From IMG/VR virus record IMGVR_UViG_3300040801_000321, positions 1 to 55,489 of that record: a DNA stretch of 55,489 nucleotides; one strand, given 5' to 3'. Below the pieces are notes generated by a model. It did not search any database. It saw nothing but the letters and a program-made list of their open reading frames with translations, and was not told the DNA's origin. The position numbers and the translations under genes were made by a program. Origin of the DNA: a virus. Shown here one piece after another: positions 35,377-41,217 of this stretch. Within the stretch, counting starts at the first letter, position 1, and each line of letters opens with the position of its first letter.

Positions 35377-35448
35377 TGGGATGCCTCATCGGGCTGTGGG
35401 CTCCCACCCCGCAGCGACATGGCCACCCGAAGGCAGCCATGTTTCGGC
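35377..35448 (-). ncRNA. Hammerhead ribozyme-like element, type II topology, core variant (HHR-12)
   Basis: Minus-strand RNA: GCC-GAAAC-AUGGCUGCC-UUCG-GGUGGCCAU-GUC|GCUGCGGG-GUGGGAG-CCCACAGC-CCGAUGA-GGC-A-UCCCA.
- Stem III is 11 bp with a UUCG loop.
- Stem II is 3 bp (GGC/GCC).
- Loop I UGGGA can pair with the UCCCA tail.
- Core position 4 is C, not U.
- The predicted scissile C is complementary to plus-strand 35416. Confidence 0.6.
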
Positions 35449-35453
35449 TCGTC

Positions 35454-35657
35454 CTATCCTCGCAGACCACAATGCATGTACGCACCCACGAGTATCCTTG
35501 CTTCGTGGTACGTCACGCCGAACTCATCCTCAAGATACGGGCCAGCACCAAACATGTTGGTTTCGCCCGAGTCCCGAAGATTGTCCATGAAGTCGGCAAC
35601 CTCATCAATGCTGAGCCCGACTTCGTCACACACGATCCTCGCTTTCTCATAGTCCAT
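35454..35657 (-). CDS. Hypothetical small protein
   Basis: 67 aa (MDYEKARIVCDEV...). It starts 1 nt after the upstream stop. Confidence 0.55.
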   Translation of the reverse strand: MDYEKARIVCDEVGLSIDEVADFMDNLRDSGETNMFGAGPYLEDEFGVTYHEARILVGAYMHCGLRG

Positions 35658-35658
35658 G

Positions 35659-35877
35659 TTACACCTCCCGCTCTTCGACCACCCAGCCGAAGGATTCCCA
35701 ACGGCCATGGGTTGGTGCGAATTTGTTTATCGTCGTGAGCATGACCCCACGCTTCTGCAGCCCGAAGATTTCGGTTGCGTCTTGCGTGTAGGTGGGCCAG
35801 CACTGATCGTACCGCAGCATGTCTACTGGGAACGGACCTTTGCCTGTGGCGATGAACGTTTTCACTTCACACCTCAT
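35659..35877 (-). CDS. Hypothetical small protein (FIATGKGPFPVDMLRYDQCWP motif)
   Basis: The internal ATG at 35877 or GTG at 35868 overlaps the upstream stop. The motif recurs in phage and plasmid small proteins as far as I recall. Confidence 0.5.
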   Translation of the reverse strand: MRCEVKTFIATGKGPFPVDMLRYDQCWPTYTQDATEIFGLQKRGVMLTTINKFAPTHGRWESFGWVVEEREV

Positions 35878-36124
35878 TGCTGTAAACAGCGAACGGCAAC
35901 AACAGCGCAGCAGCACGTACCATTTCGCCATGGTTGCTGCCGAGCGAGTAGAAGATTGCGTGTGCGCGGTTGCTGTAATCGTCTAGCCTACCAGCATCCG
36001 CGCACAGCTCAACAACTTCGTCGCTGCTGTAGTCGCGTGGGGGAAGATCTGGAGCGATGTCGTTCCAGATCCGGTCAATGGCTCGCGCCAAATAATCAAG
36101 ATCGTCCATAGCAGGTGCGGTCAT
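35867..36124 (-). CDS. Hypothetical small acidic protein
   Basis: The start is refined to MTAPAMDDLDYL. GGGAG lies 6 nt upstream, and the start is 4 nt after the previous stop. Confidence 0.55.
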   Translation of the reverse strand: MTAPAMDDLDYLARAIDRIWNDIAPDLPPRDYSSDEVVELCADAGRLDDYSNRAHAIFYSLGSNHGEMVRAAALLLPFAVYSNEV

Positions 36125-36128
36125 GACG

Positions 36129-36395
36129 TTACTCCCAGTCATCAGGGTACATTCCACCAGCAACCGGATCGTCTGGCCCGGGCAGGTGGCTCAGGCTCAC
36201 TTGCGGATCTGTGTATGCGTTGGACGGCTGCGCATGCGGATACTTGGCCTGTGCTAGTTCAAGAGTCTCAAAGCTGTCAAGCCAGTTCCTGCGCGGCTGC
36301 CCAGCCAGCACGCTGTGTGGCGGGTACTCGTCCCAACCGAACACAACCCACGAGCCATTGCGCATACTCGCAGTGTACATTTCATATTGCTTCAT
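36129..36395 (-). CDS. Hypothetical small protein
   Basis: 88 aa (MKQYEMYTASMRNG...), preceded by GGAGAUAGAUAUG. The listed 189-aa ORF is an artefactual extension through HHR-1. Confidence 0.65.
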   Translation of the reverse strand: MKQYEMYTASMRNGSWVVFGWDEYPPHSVLAGQPRRNWLDSFETLELAQAKYPHAQPSNAYTDPQVSLSHLPGPDDPVAGGMYPDDWE

Positions 36396-36409
36396 ATCTA
36401 TCTCCAATC

Positions 36410-36481
36410 GGCTTGTCTCATCAGTGTACCAGTAGCCAACTGATACAGACACTGCCGAGTTGCCCCGGCAGCGTTTCGACG
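36410..36481 (-). ncRNA. Hammerhead ribozyme, type II topology (HHR-1)
   Basis: Minus-strand RNA: GUC-GAAAC-GCUGCCG-GGGCAACU-CGGCAGU-GUC|UGUAUCAG-UUGGCUA-CUGGUACA-CUGAUGA-GAC-A-AGCC. Loop I GGCU pairs with the AGCC tail. Coordinates are +/-1 because, in my reading, the printed sequence and the ORF track differ by one base between about 36361 and 36720. Confidence 0.8.
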
Positions 36482-36874
36482 TTACGAAAGTTGTTGCAGC
36501 GTCATGCGCTCTGCTTTGTCCTTGAGCCGCGTGACTCGCTCGTTGACGAACTTGGTCCGGGACTTCGTGGCGACGTTCGTGTGCAGCCCGATGTGACTGC
36601 GAAGATCGTCCGCAGTCGGCCACCACACCTTGTCGTTCTCTCCGTCCCAAACATGCCAGTAAGATTCGCCCAGCACCTTCATAAAGTTCAGGCGCCACGC
36701 CATCTCAATGACGTCTTTTTCGTCTTTGAGCCCGTTCATGTCAATGAGCAGGCAGGCCCAAATCAGAGCATTGGTCGATTCCTTGAGCATACCCTTGTGG
36801 GTTGTCTCGTCCCAATCCTCAAAGCAGGTTTTCTGCCAGTCGTTGATCTCACTCAGTGACCAATCTAATGACAT
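36482..36874 (-). CDS. Hypothetical protein (Trp-rich)
   Basis: 130 aa. The stop abuts HHR-1 and the gene is preceded by a stem-loop rather than a ribozyme. Confidence 0.65.
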   Translation of the reverse strand: MSLDWSLSEINDWQKTCFEDWDETTHKGMLKESTNALIWACLLIDMNGLKDEKDVIEMAWRLNFMKVLGESYWHVWDGENDKVWWPTADDLRSHIGLHTNVATKSRTKFVNERVTRLKDKAERMTLQQLS

Positions 36875-36895
36875 CGTAGTGCTCCCATCAAAGTT

Positions 36896-36921
36896 GGTGC
36901 CCGGGACGATTCCCGGGCACC
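36896..36921 (-). other. Intercistronic 11-bp stem-loop (no U-tract)
   Basis: The minus strand reads GGUGCCCGGGA-AUCG-UCCCGGGCACC, between 36934..37521 and 36482..36874. This is the only junction in the array without a hammerhead. Confidence 0.6.
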
Positions 36922-36933
36922 GTGTACGCAGAC

Positions 36934-37521
36934 CTAACTCTCAATCACCAGATAGGCTGCCTTGGGGTCGATCAGCTTCTGCAGGACGCCCATAGCAGAA
37001 CCGCGAGAGCTGATGCCCTCAAGTGTCTGCAGCTCCGCGATAAAGTCCTCAACCGGCATCTTGTTGCCGCGTTGCTGCTTCAGCAGCTCCACAGCAGACC
37101 ACCGCAGTGAGCCCTCACGCATCTTCATCAGTGGCTCCGGGTTAACCCGGACGACACCAACAACCGCATTGCGCGTGCGCCCACGAGACTTTTTCACATC
37201 GCCCTTTTCAGGTGGCGTCTTGCCCTTCGGCTTGCTGCCCTTCGGCGCGTCAACCTCCGGCCACTCAGCACCGTCCAGCGCAGCAGCAGTGCGCGTCGCA
37301 GCGTCTGCTGCGGTTGCGAACTTTTTGATGTCTGCTGTCCCGGGGATGCTGTTGTAGATCGAGACGAGTGCCTTGCCCTTAAATGCGGTGGCCACTTGTT
37401 CAGCGGTGCCGACATAGAAGTCAAAGCTGACGCTCTCAGCGTATGCCTCAGCGTCCGCAATCGTCGGGAACTTCCCAACAACCACGCTCTTGTCCACGTT
37501 CACTAAGTATGATGTGCTCAT
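36934..37521 (-). CDS. Hypothetical protein with a basic Lys/Pro-rich linker
   Basis: 195 aa with an ATG start about 24 nt after HHR-2. The middle segment is PKGSKPKGKTPPEKGDVKKSRGR. Confidence 0.65.
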   Translation of the reverse strand: MSTSYLVNVDKSVVVGKFPTIADAEAYAESVSFDFYVGTAEQVATAFKGKALVSIYNSIPGTADIKKFATAADAATRTAAALDGAEWPEVDAPKGSKPKGKTPPEKGDVKKSRGRTRNAVVGVVRVNPEPLMKMREGSLRWSAVELLKQQRGNKMPVEDFIAELQTLEGISSRGSAMGVLQKLIDPKAAYLVIES

Positions 37522-37544
37522 CTATATTCTCCTGTCGTTATGTT

Positions 37545-37613
37545 GTGTCTGTCTCATCAGTGCCCGGATGACACGTTCCGGGCAGACACGCTCCGGGTGG
37601 AGCGTGTTTCGAC
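37545..37613 (-). ncRNA. Hammerhead ribozyme, type II topology (HHR-2)
   Basis: Minus-strand RNA: GUC-GAAAC-ACGCUCC-ACCC-GGAGCGU-GUC|UGCCCGGA-ACGUGUCA-UCCGGGCA-CUGAUGA-GAC-A-GACAC. Here loop I GUGUC pairs with a different tail, GACAC, which is a compensated pseudoknot. The scissile C is opposite 37585. Confidence 0.8.
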
Positions 37614-37614
37614 G

Positions 37615-37956
37615 TTATGAAAGTTCACGCAGCAGCTCTGCGCGCAGCTCAGCATTCGGATCGAATGCGCTGATGGTGTGCTTGTCCTTGTCTTCGTTCA
37701 AGGCTTCCAGCATACCGTCATACGCTTCCATGAAGTGCCTGCGGAAGTTCTTGGCGAACTCATCAGGCATCTTCCGGGCCAGCTCCGGACATCCCTCAGC
37801 GGTCATGTCCAGCGCCAGAAGCGCGCACGCAGAGCTCATCAGCTTCTGCGCAGCCTCAGCGACCTCCAGCGCATTGCGCGGAGAATCGACAGCGAGCATC
37901 AACAATGCTTTGGAAGTGGCATTGATGAGTTCCTTGGCTTCAATCTTTTCTTTCAT
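37615..37956 (-). CDS. Hypothetical small helical protein
   Basis: 113 aa (MKEKIEAKELINAT...), preceded by GGGAGAUGAUCAUG. The stop is 1 nt from HHR-2. Confidence 0.6.
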   Translation of the reverse strand: MKEKIEAKELINATSKALLMLAVDSPRNALEVAEAAQKLMSSACALLALDMTAEGCPELARKMPDEFAKNFRRHFMEAYDGMLEALNEDKDKHTISAFDPNAELRAELLRELS

Positions 37957-37971
37957 GATCATCTCCCAATC

Positions 37972-38035
37972 GGCTTGTCTCATCAGCGCCCGGGTAGCCA
38001 ACCCGGAACGGACGCGCCCGCAGGCGCGTTTCGAC
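37972..38035 (-). ncRNA. Hammerhead ribozyme, type II topology (HHR-3)
   Basis: Minus-strand RNA: GUC-GAAAC-GCGCC-UGCG-GGCGC-GUC|CGUUCCGGG-UUGGCUA-CCCGGGCG-CUGAUGA-GAC-A-AGCC. The scissile C is opposite 38011. Confidence 0.85.
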
Positions 38036-38036
38036 G

Positions 38037-38426
38037 TTATGACTCTTGCGGCCTCATCTGCAGCTTCAGCGTTCCGAGCAGGCCACGATGCTTCATCCAT
38101 TCGTGCACCTCTTTCTCGCCACCATGCGACGCCATGGGCACGTAGTTGTAGATGACGTGGGCGTAACCGCGAACCGCTGCGGCATTCGACTCGTCAGCGT
38201 GACGGAACGTCTGCAGCAGATTGTTCTCGAACACATTGAGCAGGAAGCCACCCATGGGGCGACCATCCATCACATAGGCCAACAGCTCATTCCGCATGTA
38301 GCCCGGAATATCCTGCTCACGCATGCCGGCAGCAACCTTCGCATAGACGGCTTCTGCGACTTCGCGCATGCTCCCATTCAGGTCGGTGTAAGCAGCGCCA
38401 TATTCCCGTTCAAGTTCAACGTTCAT
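38037..38426 (-). CDS. Hypothetical protein
   Basis: 129 aa (MNVELEREYGAAYTDLNG...), preceded by GGAGAUUGAUAUG. The listed 205-aa ORF runs through HHR-4. Confidence 0.65.
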   Translation of the reverse strand: MNVELEREYGAAYTDLNGSMREVAEAVYAKVAAGMREQDIPGYMRNELLAYVMDGRPMGGFLLNVFENNLLQTFRHADESNAAAVRGYAHVIYNYVPMASHGGEKEVHEWMKHRGLLGTLKLQMRPQES

Positions 38427-38440
38427 ATCAATCTCCAATC

Positions 38441-38504
38441 GGTTTGTCTCATCAGCGCCCGGGTAACCACCCCGGAACGGACGCGCCCGCAGGCGCGTTT
38501 CGAC
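38441..38504 (-). ncRNA. Hammerhead ribozyme, type II topology (HHR-4)
   Basis: Minus-strand RNA: GUC-GAAAC-GCGCC-UGCG-GGCGC-GUC|CGUUCCGGG-GUGGUUA-CCCGGGCG-CUGAUGA-GAC-A-AACC. Loop GGUU pairs with tail AACC, which covaries with the GGCU/AGCC pairing in other copies. The scissile C is opposite 38480. Confidence 0.85.
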
Positions 38505-38505
38505 A

Positions 38506-38706
38506 TCAAAAGAAATGTGTGCGGGATTCGCCGCAACGAGTGCATTGAATCTCTTCACCGCCATCTTCCGGATACACCACGCACACTTCCCAACGGTGGC
38601 CGCGAATCCGGCAGACCAACCGCTCAAACTTGTAAGCGATGAAGTCTGCCACACGCAACCGCATTGTTGGGTATGGCGTGTGCAGGAAGTCTTGCCACGT
38701 TAGCAT
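38506..38706 (-). CDS. Hypothetical small protein (C-terminal CxxC)
   Basis: 66 aa with a 7-nt overlap onto the upstream gene. The stop is 1 nt from HHR-4. Confidence 0.5.
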   Translation of the reverse strand: MLTWQDFLHTPYPTMRLRVADFIAYKFERLVCRIRGHRWEVCVVYPEDGGEEIQCTRCGESRTHFF

Positions 38707-38900
38707 GGGGCACCTCGCTCGATCTCAATGTGAAGTATTTCGTGCTGCTCCAGAAGATCGACAACCGCGCATTGAAGTGTGCGGCTATCTTCCAGAGCAT
38801 CAGCAGCAGCCCGCAGCACTTCCGGAAAACTCCGGAACGTTGCTGCTTGCTTGTTGCCGTTAACACGCCAGATGCGGAGCTCAAACGTATCTTCGTTCAT
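38700..38900 (-). CDS. Hypothetical small protein
   Basis: 66 aa with an ATGA overlap onto the stop of 38897..39184. Confidence 0.5.
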   Translation of the reverse strand: MNEDTFELRIWRVNGNKQAATFRSFPEVLRAAADALEDSRTLQCAVVDLLEQHEILHIEIERGAPC

Positions 38901-39184
38901 GCTCTACTCTTCCCGTCGCCCAGCATCACGCGTGTGGCGCGGTTGATCTCGCGCTGTTGCGGAGAGCAAGCCCGTTCCAGACGTTCTTGCTGATAGCGGA
39001 TGTAAGCATCCACATCAGGCTGGACTTCCTCGATCAGCTTCCTGAGCTGATTAAGTTCTGAGTTGAGCTCACGAGCGTATCCGAGTGCGTGCGACTCCAG
39101 CCCGCCACCGCAGCGTTCTGCTTCGATGTACTTGGACTCGATCCGCGACATGGCATTCTTCAGCCAGTGAATTTGTGTCTTCAT
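38897..39184 (-). CDS. Hypothetical coiled-coil protein
   Basis: 95 aa (MKTQIHWLKNAMSRIESKY...), preceded by GGAGACGAAGAUG. Confidence 0.6.
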   Translation of the reverse strand: MKTQIHWLKNAMSRIESKYIEAERCGGGLESHALGYARELNSELNQLRKLIEEVQPDVDAYIRYQQERLERACSPQQREINRATRVMLGDGKSRA

Positions 39185-39198
39185 CTTCGTCTCCAATC

Positions 39199-39263
39199 GG
39201 CTTGTCTCATCAGCGCCCGGGTAGCCAACCCGGAACGGACGGCAGCACTGCTGCCGTTTCGAC
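39199..39263 (-). ncRNA. Hammerhead ribozyme, type II topology (HHR-5)
   Basis: Minus-strand RNA: GUC-GAAAC-GGCAG-CAGUG-CUGCC-GUC|CGUUCCGGG-UUGGCUA-CCCGGGCG-CUGAUGA-GAC-A-AGCC. The stem III sequence differs from HHR-3 and HHR-4 but stays paired. The scissile C is opposite 39238. Confidence 0.85.
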
Positions 39264-39264
39264 T

Positions 39265-39462
39265 CTAGAATTCAACTGACCTGCCCGTCTCTTCCCAGCA
39301 CGTCAGGTCAAACTTGAAGAACCTGCCCTGCCCGCAAAGCAGCGTTGCCATTTCGCGTGCCTTTGTGGTGGCTTCCTCGCGATTCACGTGACCGAACTCA
39401 ACGCGGCAGTAGTGCTTGACGCGGGTGTCGGTGATCTCTGCGATGTTCAGTGAGTATCTCAT
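39265..39462 (-). CDS. Hypothetical small protein
   Basis: 65 aa (MRYSLNIAEITDTRVKHY...), preceded by GGAGAUGAUAAUG. Confidence 0.55.
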   Translation of the reverse strand: MRYSLNIAEITDTRVKHYCRVEFGHVNREEATTKAREMATLLCGQGRFFKFDLTCWEETGRSVEF

Positions 39463-39476
39463 TATCATCTCCAATC

Positions 39477-39539
39477 GGTTTGTCTCATCAGTGATGAAGT
39501 AACCAGCTTCACCAGACGCGCCCGCAGGCGCGTTTCGAC
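39477..39539 (-). ncRNA. Hammerhead ribozyme, type II topology (HHR-6)
   Basis: Minus-strand RNA: GUC-GAAAC-GCGCC-UGCG-GGCGC-GUC|UGGUGAAG-CUGGUUA-CUUCAUCA-CUGAUGA-GAC-A-AACC. The scissile C is opposite 39515. Confidence 0.85.
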
Positions 39540-39540
39540 T

Positions 39541-39822
39541 TCACGAGTCATCCTCTTCAGCATCAGCATTTGCTGCCTTGATCTGATCGTCGTGCTCGCC
39601 TTTGTCGAGGATTCGATCAACGATGTCCTCTTCGGTGCCGTTGCACTCTTCGTTCACCAGCAAAGCAATCTGTGCGCACATCGAGACCAGCTCAATGGCT
39701 GCGCGCTCTTCGTCGCGGGACAGCTTGCCTTTGCCTTCGACAAAAAGAGTCTCAAGCGCCAGCTGGCACTCGCCAAGATCAGTCAGCGTATTCTGGAACC
39801 GGCAGTAGCTCATATTGCTCAT
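39541..39822 (-). CDS. Hypothetical acidic protein (MSNMSYCRFQNT... N-terminus)
   Basis: 93 aa, preceded by GGAGAUGAUAAUG, with an acidic C-terminus. Confidence 0.6.
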   Translation of the reverse strand: MSNMSYCRFQNTLTDLGECQLALETLFVEGKGKLSRDEERAAIELVSMCAQIALLVNEECNGTEEDIVDRILDKGEHDDQIKAANADAEEDDS

Positions 39823-39836
39823 TATCATCTCCAATC

Positions 39837-39902
39837 GGTTTGTCTCATCAGCGCCCGGGTAACCAGCCCGGAACGGACGGCAGCACGTGCTGCCGTTTCG
39901 AC
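39837..39902 (-). ncRNA. Hammerhead ribozyme, type II topology (HHR-7)
   Basis: Minus-strand RNA: GUC-GAAAC-GGCAGC-ACGU-GCUGCC-GUC|CGUUCCGGG-CUGGUUA-CCCGGGCG-CUGAUGA-GAC-A-AACC. The stop codon of the upstream gene overlaps the first ribozyme nucleotide. The scissile C is opposite 39876. Confidence 0.85.
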
Positions 39903-40189
39903 TATGACCGCACCTTGAATGCGGTGAGTGGATATGCCCAGCCCGAAGTCGGGCTGCCACGCTCCGGGACAGCATACACTTCAAACTCAGCAGGCGCGTA
40001 ACTCTTCAGCATCGAGTTGCGACTGCCGGGATTGTATGTGCGTCCCGGAACCTTGATCACGACCACATCATTGGAGTCTTGGATGAGCTTGGTGCCGTTT
40101 GGCGTTTCCCATCCCCTGCGAATGACGTTATCGGGATCTGACCAGTCCATGTAGACTCTGGATGTGCTTGTGACTTTGTTAACGTACAT
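39902..40189 (-). CDS. Hypothetical small protein
   Basis: 95 aa (MYVNKVTSTSRVYMDW...), preceded by GGAGAUGAACAUG. Confidence 0.6.
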   Translation of the reverse strand: MYVNKVTSTSRVYMDWSDPDNVIRRGWETPNGTKLIQDSNDVVVIKVPGRTYNPGSRNSMLKSYAPAEFEVYAVPERGSPTSGWAYPLTAFKVRS

Positions 40190-40203
40190 GTTCATCTCCA
40201 ATC

Positions 40204-40267
40204 GGCTTGTCTCATCAGCGCCCGGGTAGCCATCCCGGAACGGACGCCACCGCAGTGGCGTTTCGAC
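40204..40267 (-). ncRNA. Hammerhead ribozyme, type II topology (HHR-8)
   Basis: Minus-strand RNA: GUC-GAAAC-GCCAC-UGCG-GUGGC-GUC|CGUUCCGGG-AUGGCUA-CCCGGGCG-CUGAUGA-GAC-A-AGCC. The scissile C is opposite 40243. Confidence 0.85.
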
Positions 40268-40268
40268 A

Positions 40269-40520
40269 TCAGCTCGTCACAACCTCGCGCCAGTCGGTCC
40301 CGGCCAAGATCTGCTCAGCTTGCTTGCGGCTGATCTGGCCATAAAGCGAGTGCTGGAACGTCACTCGCGTCTTGTCGTTGGAAGTGAAGTGCTTCACCTC
40401 AACCGACACGCCATGCTCGCCTTGGACCACCGTGGAATATCCCGGCTTACCTCTCATGTACAGGTAGCACCTGTCTTCCTGTGCGCGAGCCTTATTGATA
40501 AGTTGTAAGGTTCTGTTCAT
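40269..40520 (-). CDS. Hypothetical small protein
   Basis: 83 aa (MNRTLQLINKARAQEDR...), preceded by GGAGAUUGAUAUG. Confidence 0.6.
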   Translation of the reverse strand: MNRTLQLINKARAQEDRCYLYMRGKPGYSTVVQGEHGVSVEVKHFTSNDKTRVTFQHSLYGQISRKQAEQILAGTDWREVVTS

Positions 40521-40534
40521 ATCAATCTCCAATC

Positions 40535-40600
40535 GGTTTGTCTCATCAGTGGCGAAGTAACCAGCTTCACCAGACGCGCCCTCCATGGGCGCGTTTCGAC
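40535..40600 (-). ncRNA. Hammerhead ribozyme, type II topology (HHR-9)
   Basis: Minus-strand RNA: GUC-GAAAC-GCGCCC-AUGGA-GGGCGC-GUC|UGGUGAAG-CUGGUUA-CUUCGCCA-CUGAUGA-GAC-A-AACC. The scissile C is opposite 40573. Confidence 0.85.
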
Positions 40601-40601
40601 G

Positions 40602-40916
40602 TTAGTGGATCGAAACAAGGTCAGCGGCTTCCATCGTCCGGAGCAGCCACTTGGCGCGGCCAACCGGATTCGCTGCGCCATTCCTCTCAAGCGCAACCGC
40701 GATACGCTTCAGTGCGTAGGCAGTCTTGACCCTGTTCTTGGCATCTGCGTGCTGGCGAAGAGTCGTGATGGCGATGTCGCGCTCAGAACCTTCGAACACG
40801 TAGCGGTCCTCAAGTGCCTTCTCATGAAGCACCACAGAACCATCATTCCAATTGCGGCGGTTGTAGGTCTTGCCGTAGTTGGTGCCATGTGCCGTCTTGT
40901 TAGTACGTGCGTTCAT
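40602..40916 (-). CDS. Hypothetical protein
   Basis: 104 aa (MNARTNKTAHGTNYGK...), preceded by GGAGAACUGAGAUG. Confidence 0.65.
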   Translation of the reverse strand: MNARTNKTAHGTNYGKTYNRRNWNDGSVVLHEKALEDRYVFEGSERDIAITTLRQHADAKNRVKTAYALKRIAVALERNGAANPVGRAKWLLRTMEAADLVSIH

Positions 40917-40938
40917 CTCAGTTCTCCATTTAGTTATC

Positions 40939-41001
40939 GGCTTGTCTCATCAGTGTAACGGGAGCCACCCGTTACAGACGCGCCCGCAGGCGCGTTTCGA
41001 C
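40939..41001 (-). ncRNA. Hammerhead ribozyme, type II topology (HHR-10)
   Basis: Minus-strand RNA: GUC-GAAAC-GCGCC-UGCG-GGCGC-GUC|UGUAACGGG-UGGCU-CCCGUUACA-CUGAUGA-GAC-A-AGCC. The scissile C is opposite 40977. Confidence 0.85.
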
Positions 41002-41002
41002 A

Positions 41003-41203
41003 TCAGCTGACCTTGTGGCTGCGAAGTGCCTTGTATGCGGCATCGCGAGCTGCGACCAGCGCAGCTTCCAAACGTTCCACATCTTCCATGCTCCAATCTT
41101 CATCGGAACAGTTCAGCTCATCCGTCATTCTGCTATCAAAAAGTTCCTCGAACATCTCATCAAGCAGACCAGAAGCAGCAATCTTGATTTGGCGCTTGTT
41201 CAT
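41003..41203 (-). CDS. Hypothetical small acidic protein
   Basis: 66 aa (MNKRQIKIAASGLLDEMFEE...), preceded by GGAGAUUAUCAUG. It is the first cistron of the array. Confidence 0.55.
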   Translation of the reverse strand: MNKRQIKIAASGLLDEMFEELFDSRMTDELNCSDEDWSMEDVERLEAALVAARDAAYKALRSHKVS

Positions 41204-41217
41204 GATAATCTCCAATC

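Noticed and set aside
36129-36698. Long versions of listed minus-strand ORFs that read through the repeat elements (36129..36698, 37615..38100, 38037..38654, 39541..39984, 40269..40586, 41003..41260), giving recurring peptides such as DETNRLEIDM
   Set aside because: The shared peptide is simply the translation of CUGAUGAGACAAGCCGAUUGGAGAU. Each gene has a well-spaced GGAG plus ATG just downstream of the element, so the extensions are artefacts of longest-ORF calling.
36360-36721. An apparent one-base disagreement between the printed sequence and the ORF-track translations: an extra g at about 36360/36361 and one t fewer at about 36720/36721
   Set aside because: This is most likely a reading or formatting issue rather than biology. 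The two differences cancel, and all ORF coordinates outside the interval agree with the printed sequence. I therefore used ORF-track coordinates for the CDS and give HHR-1 as +/-1 nt.
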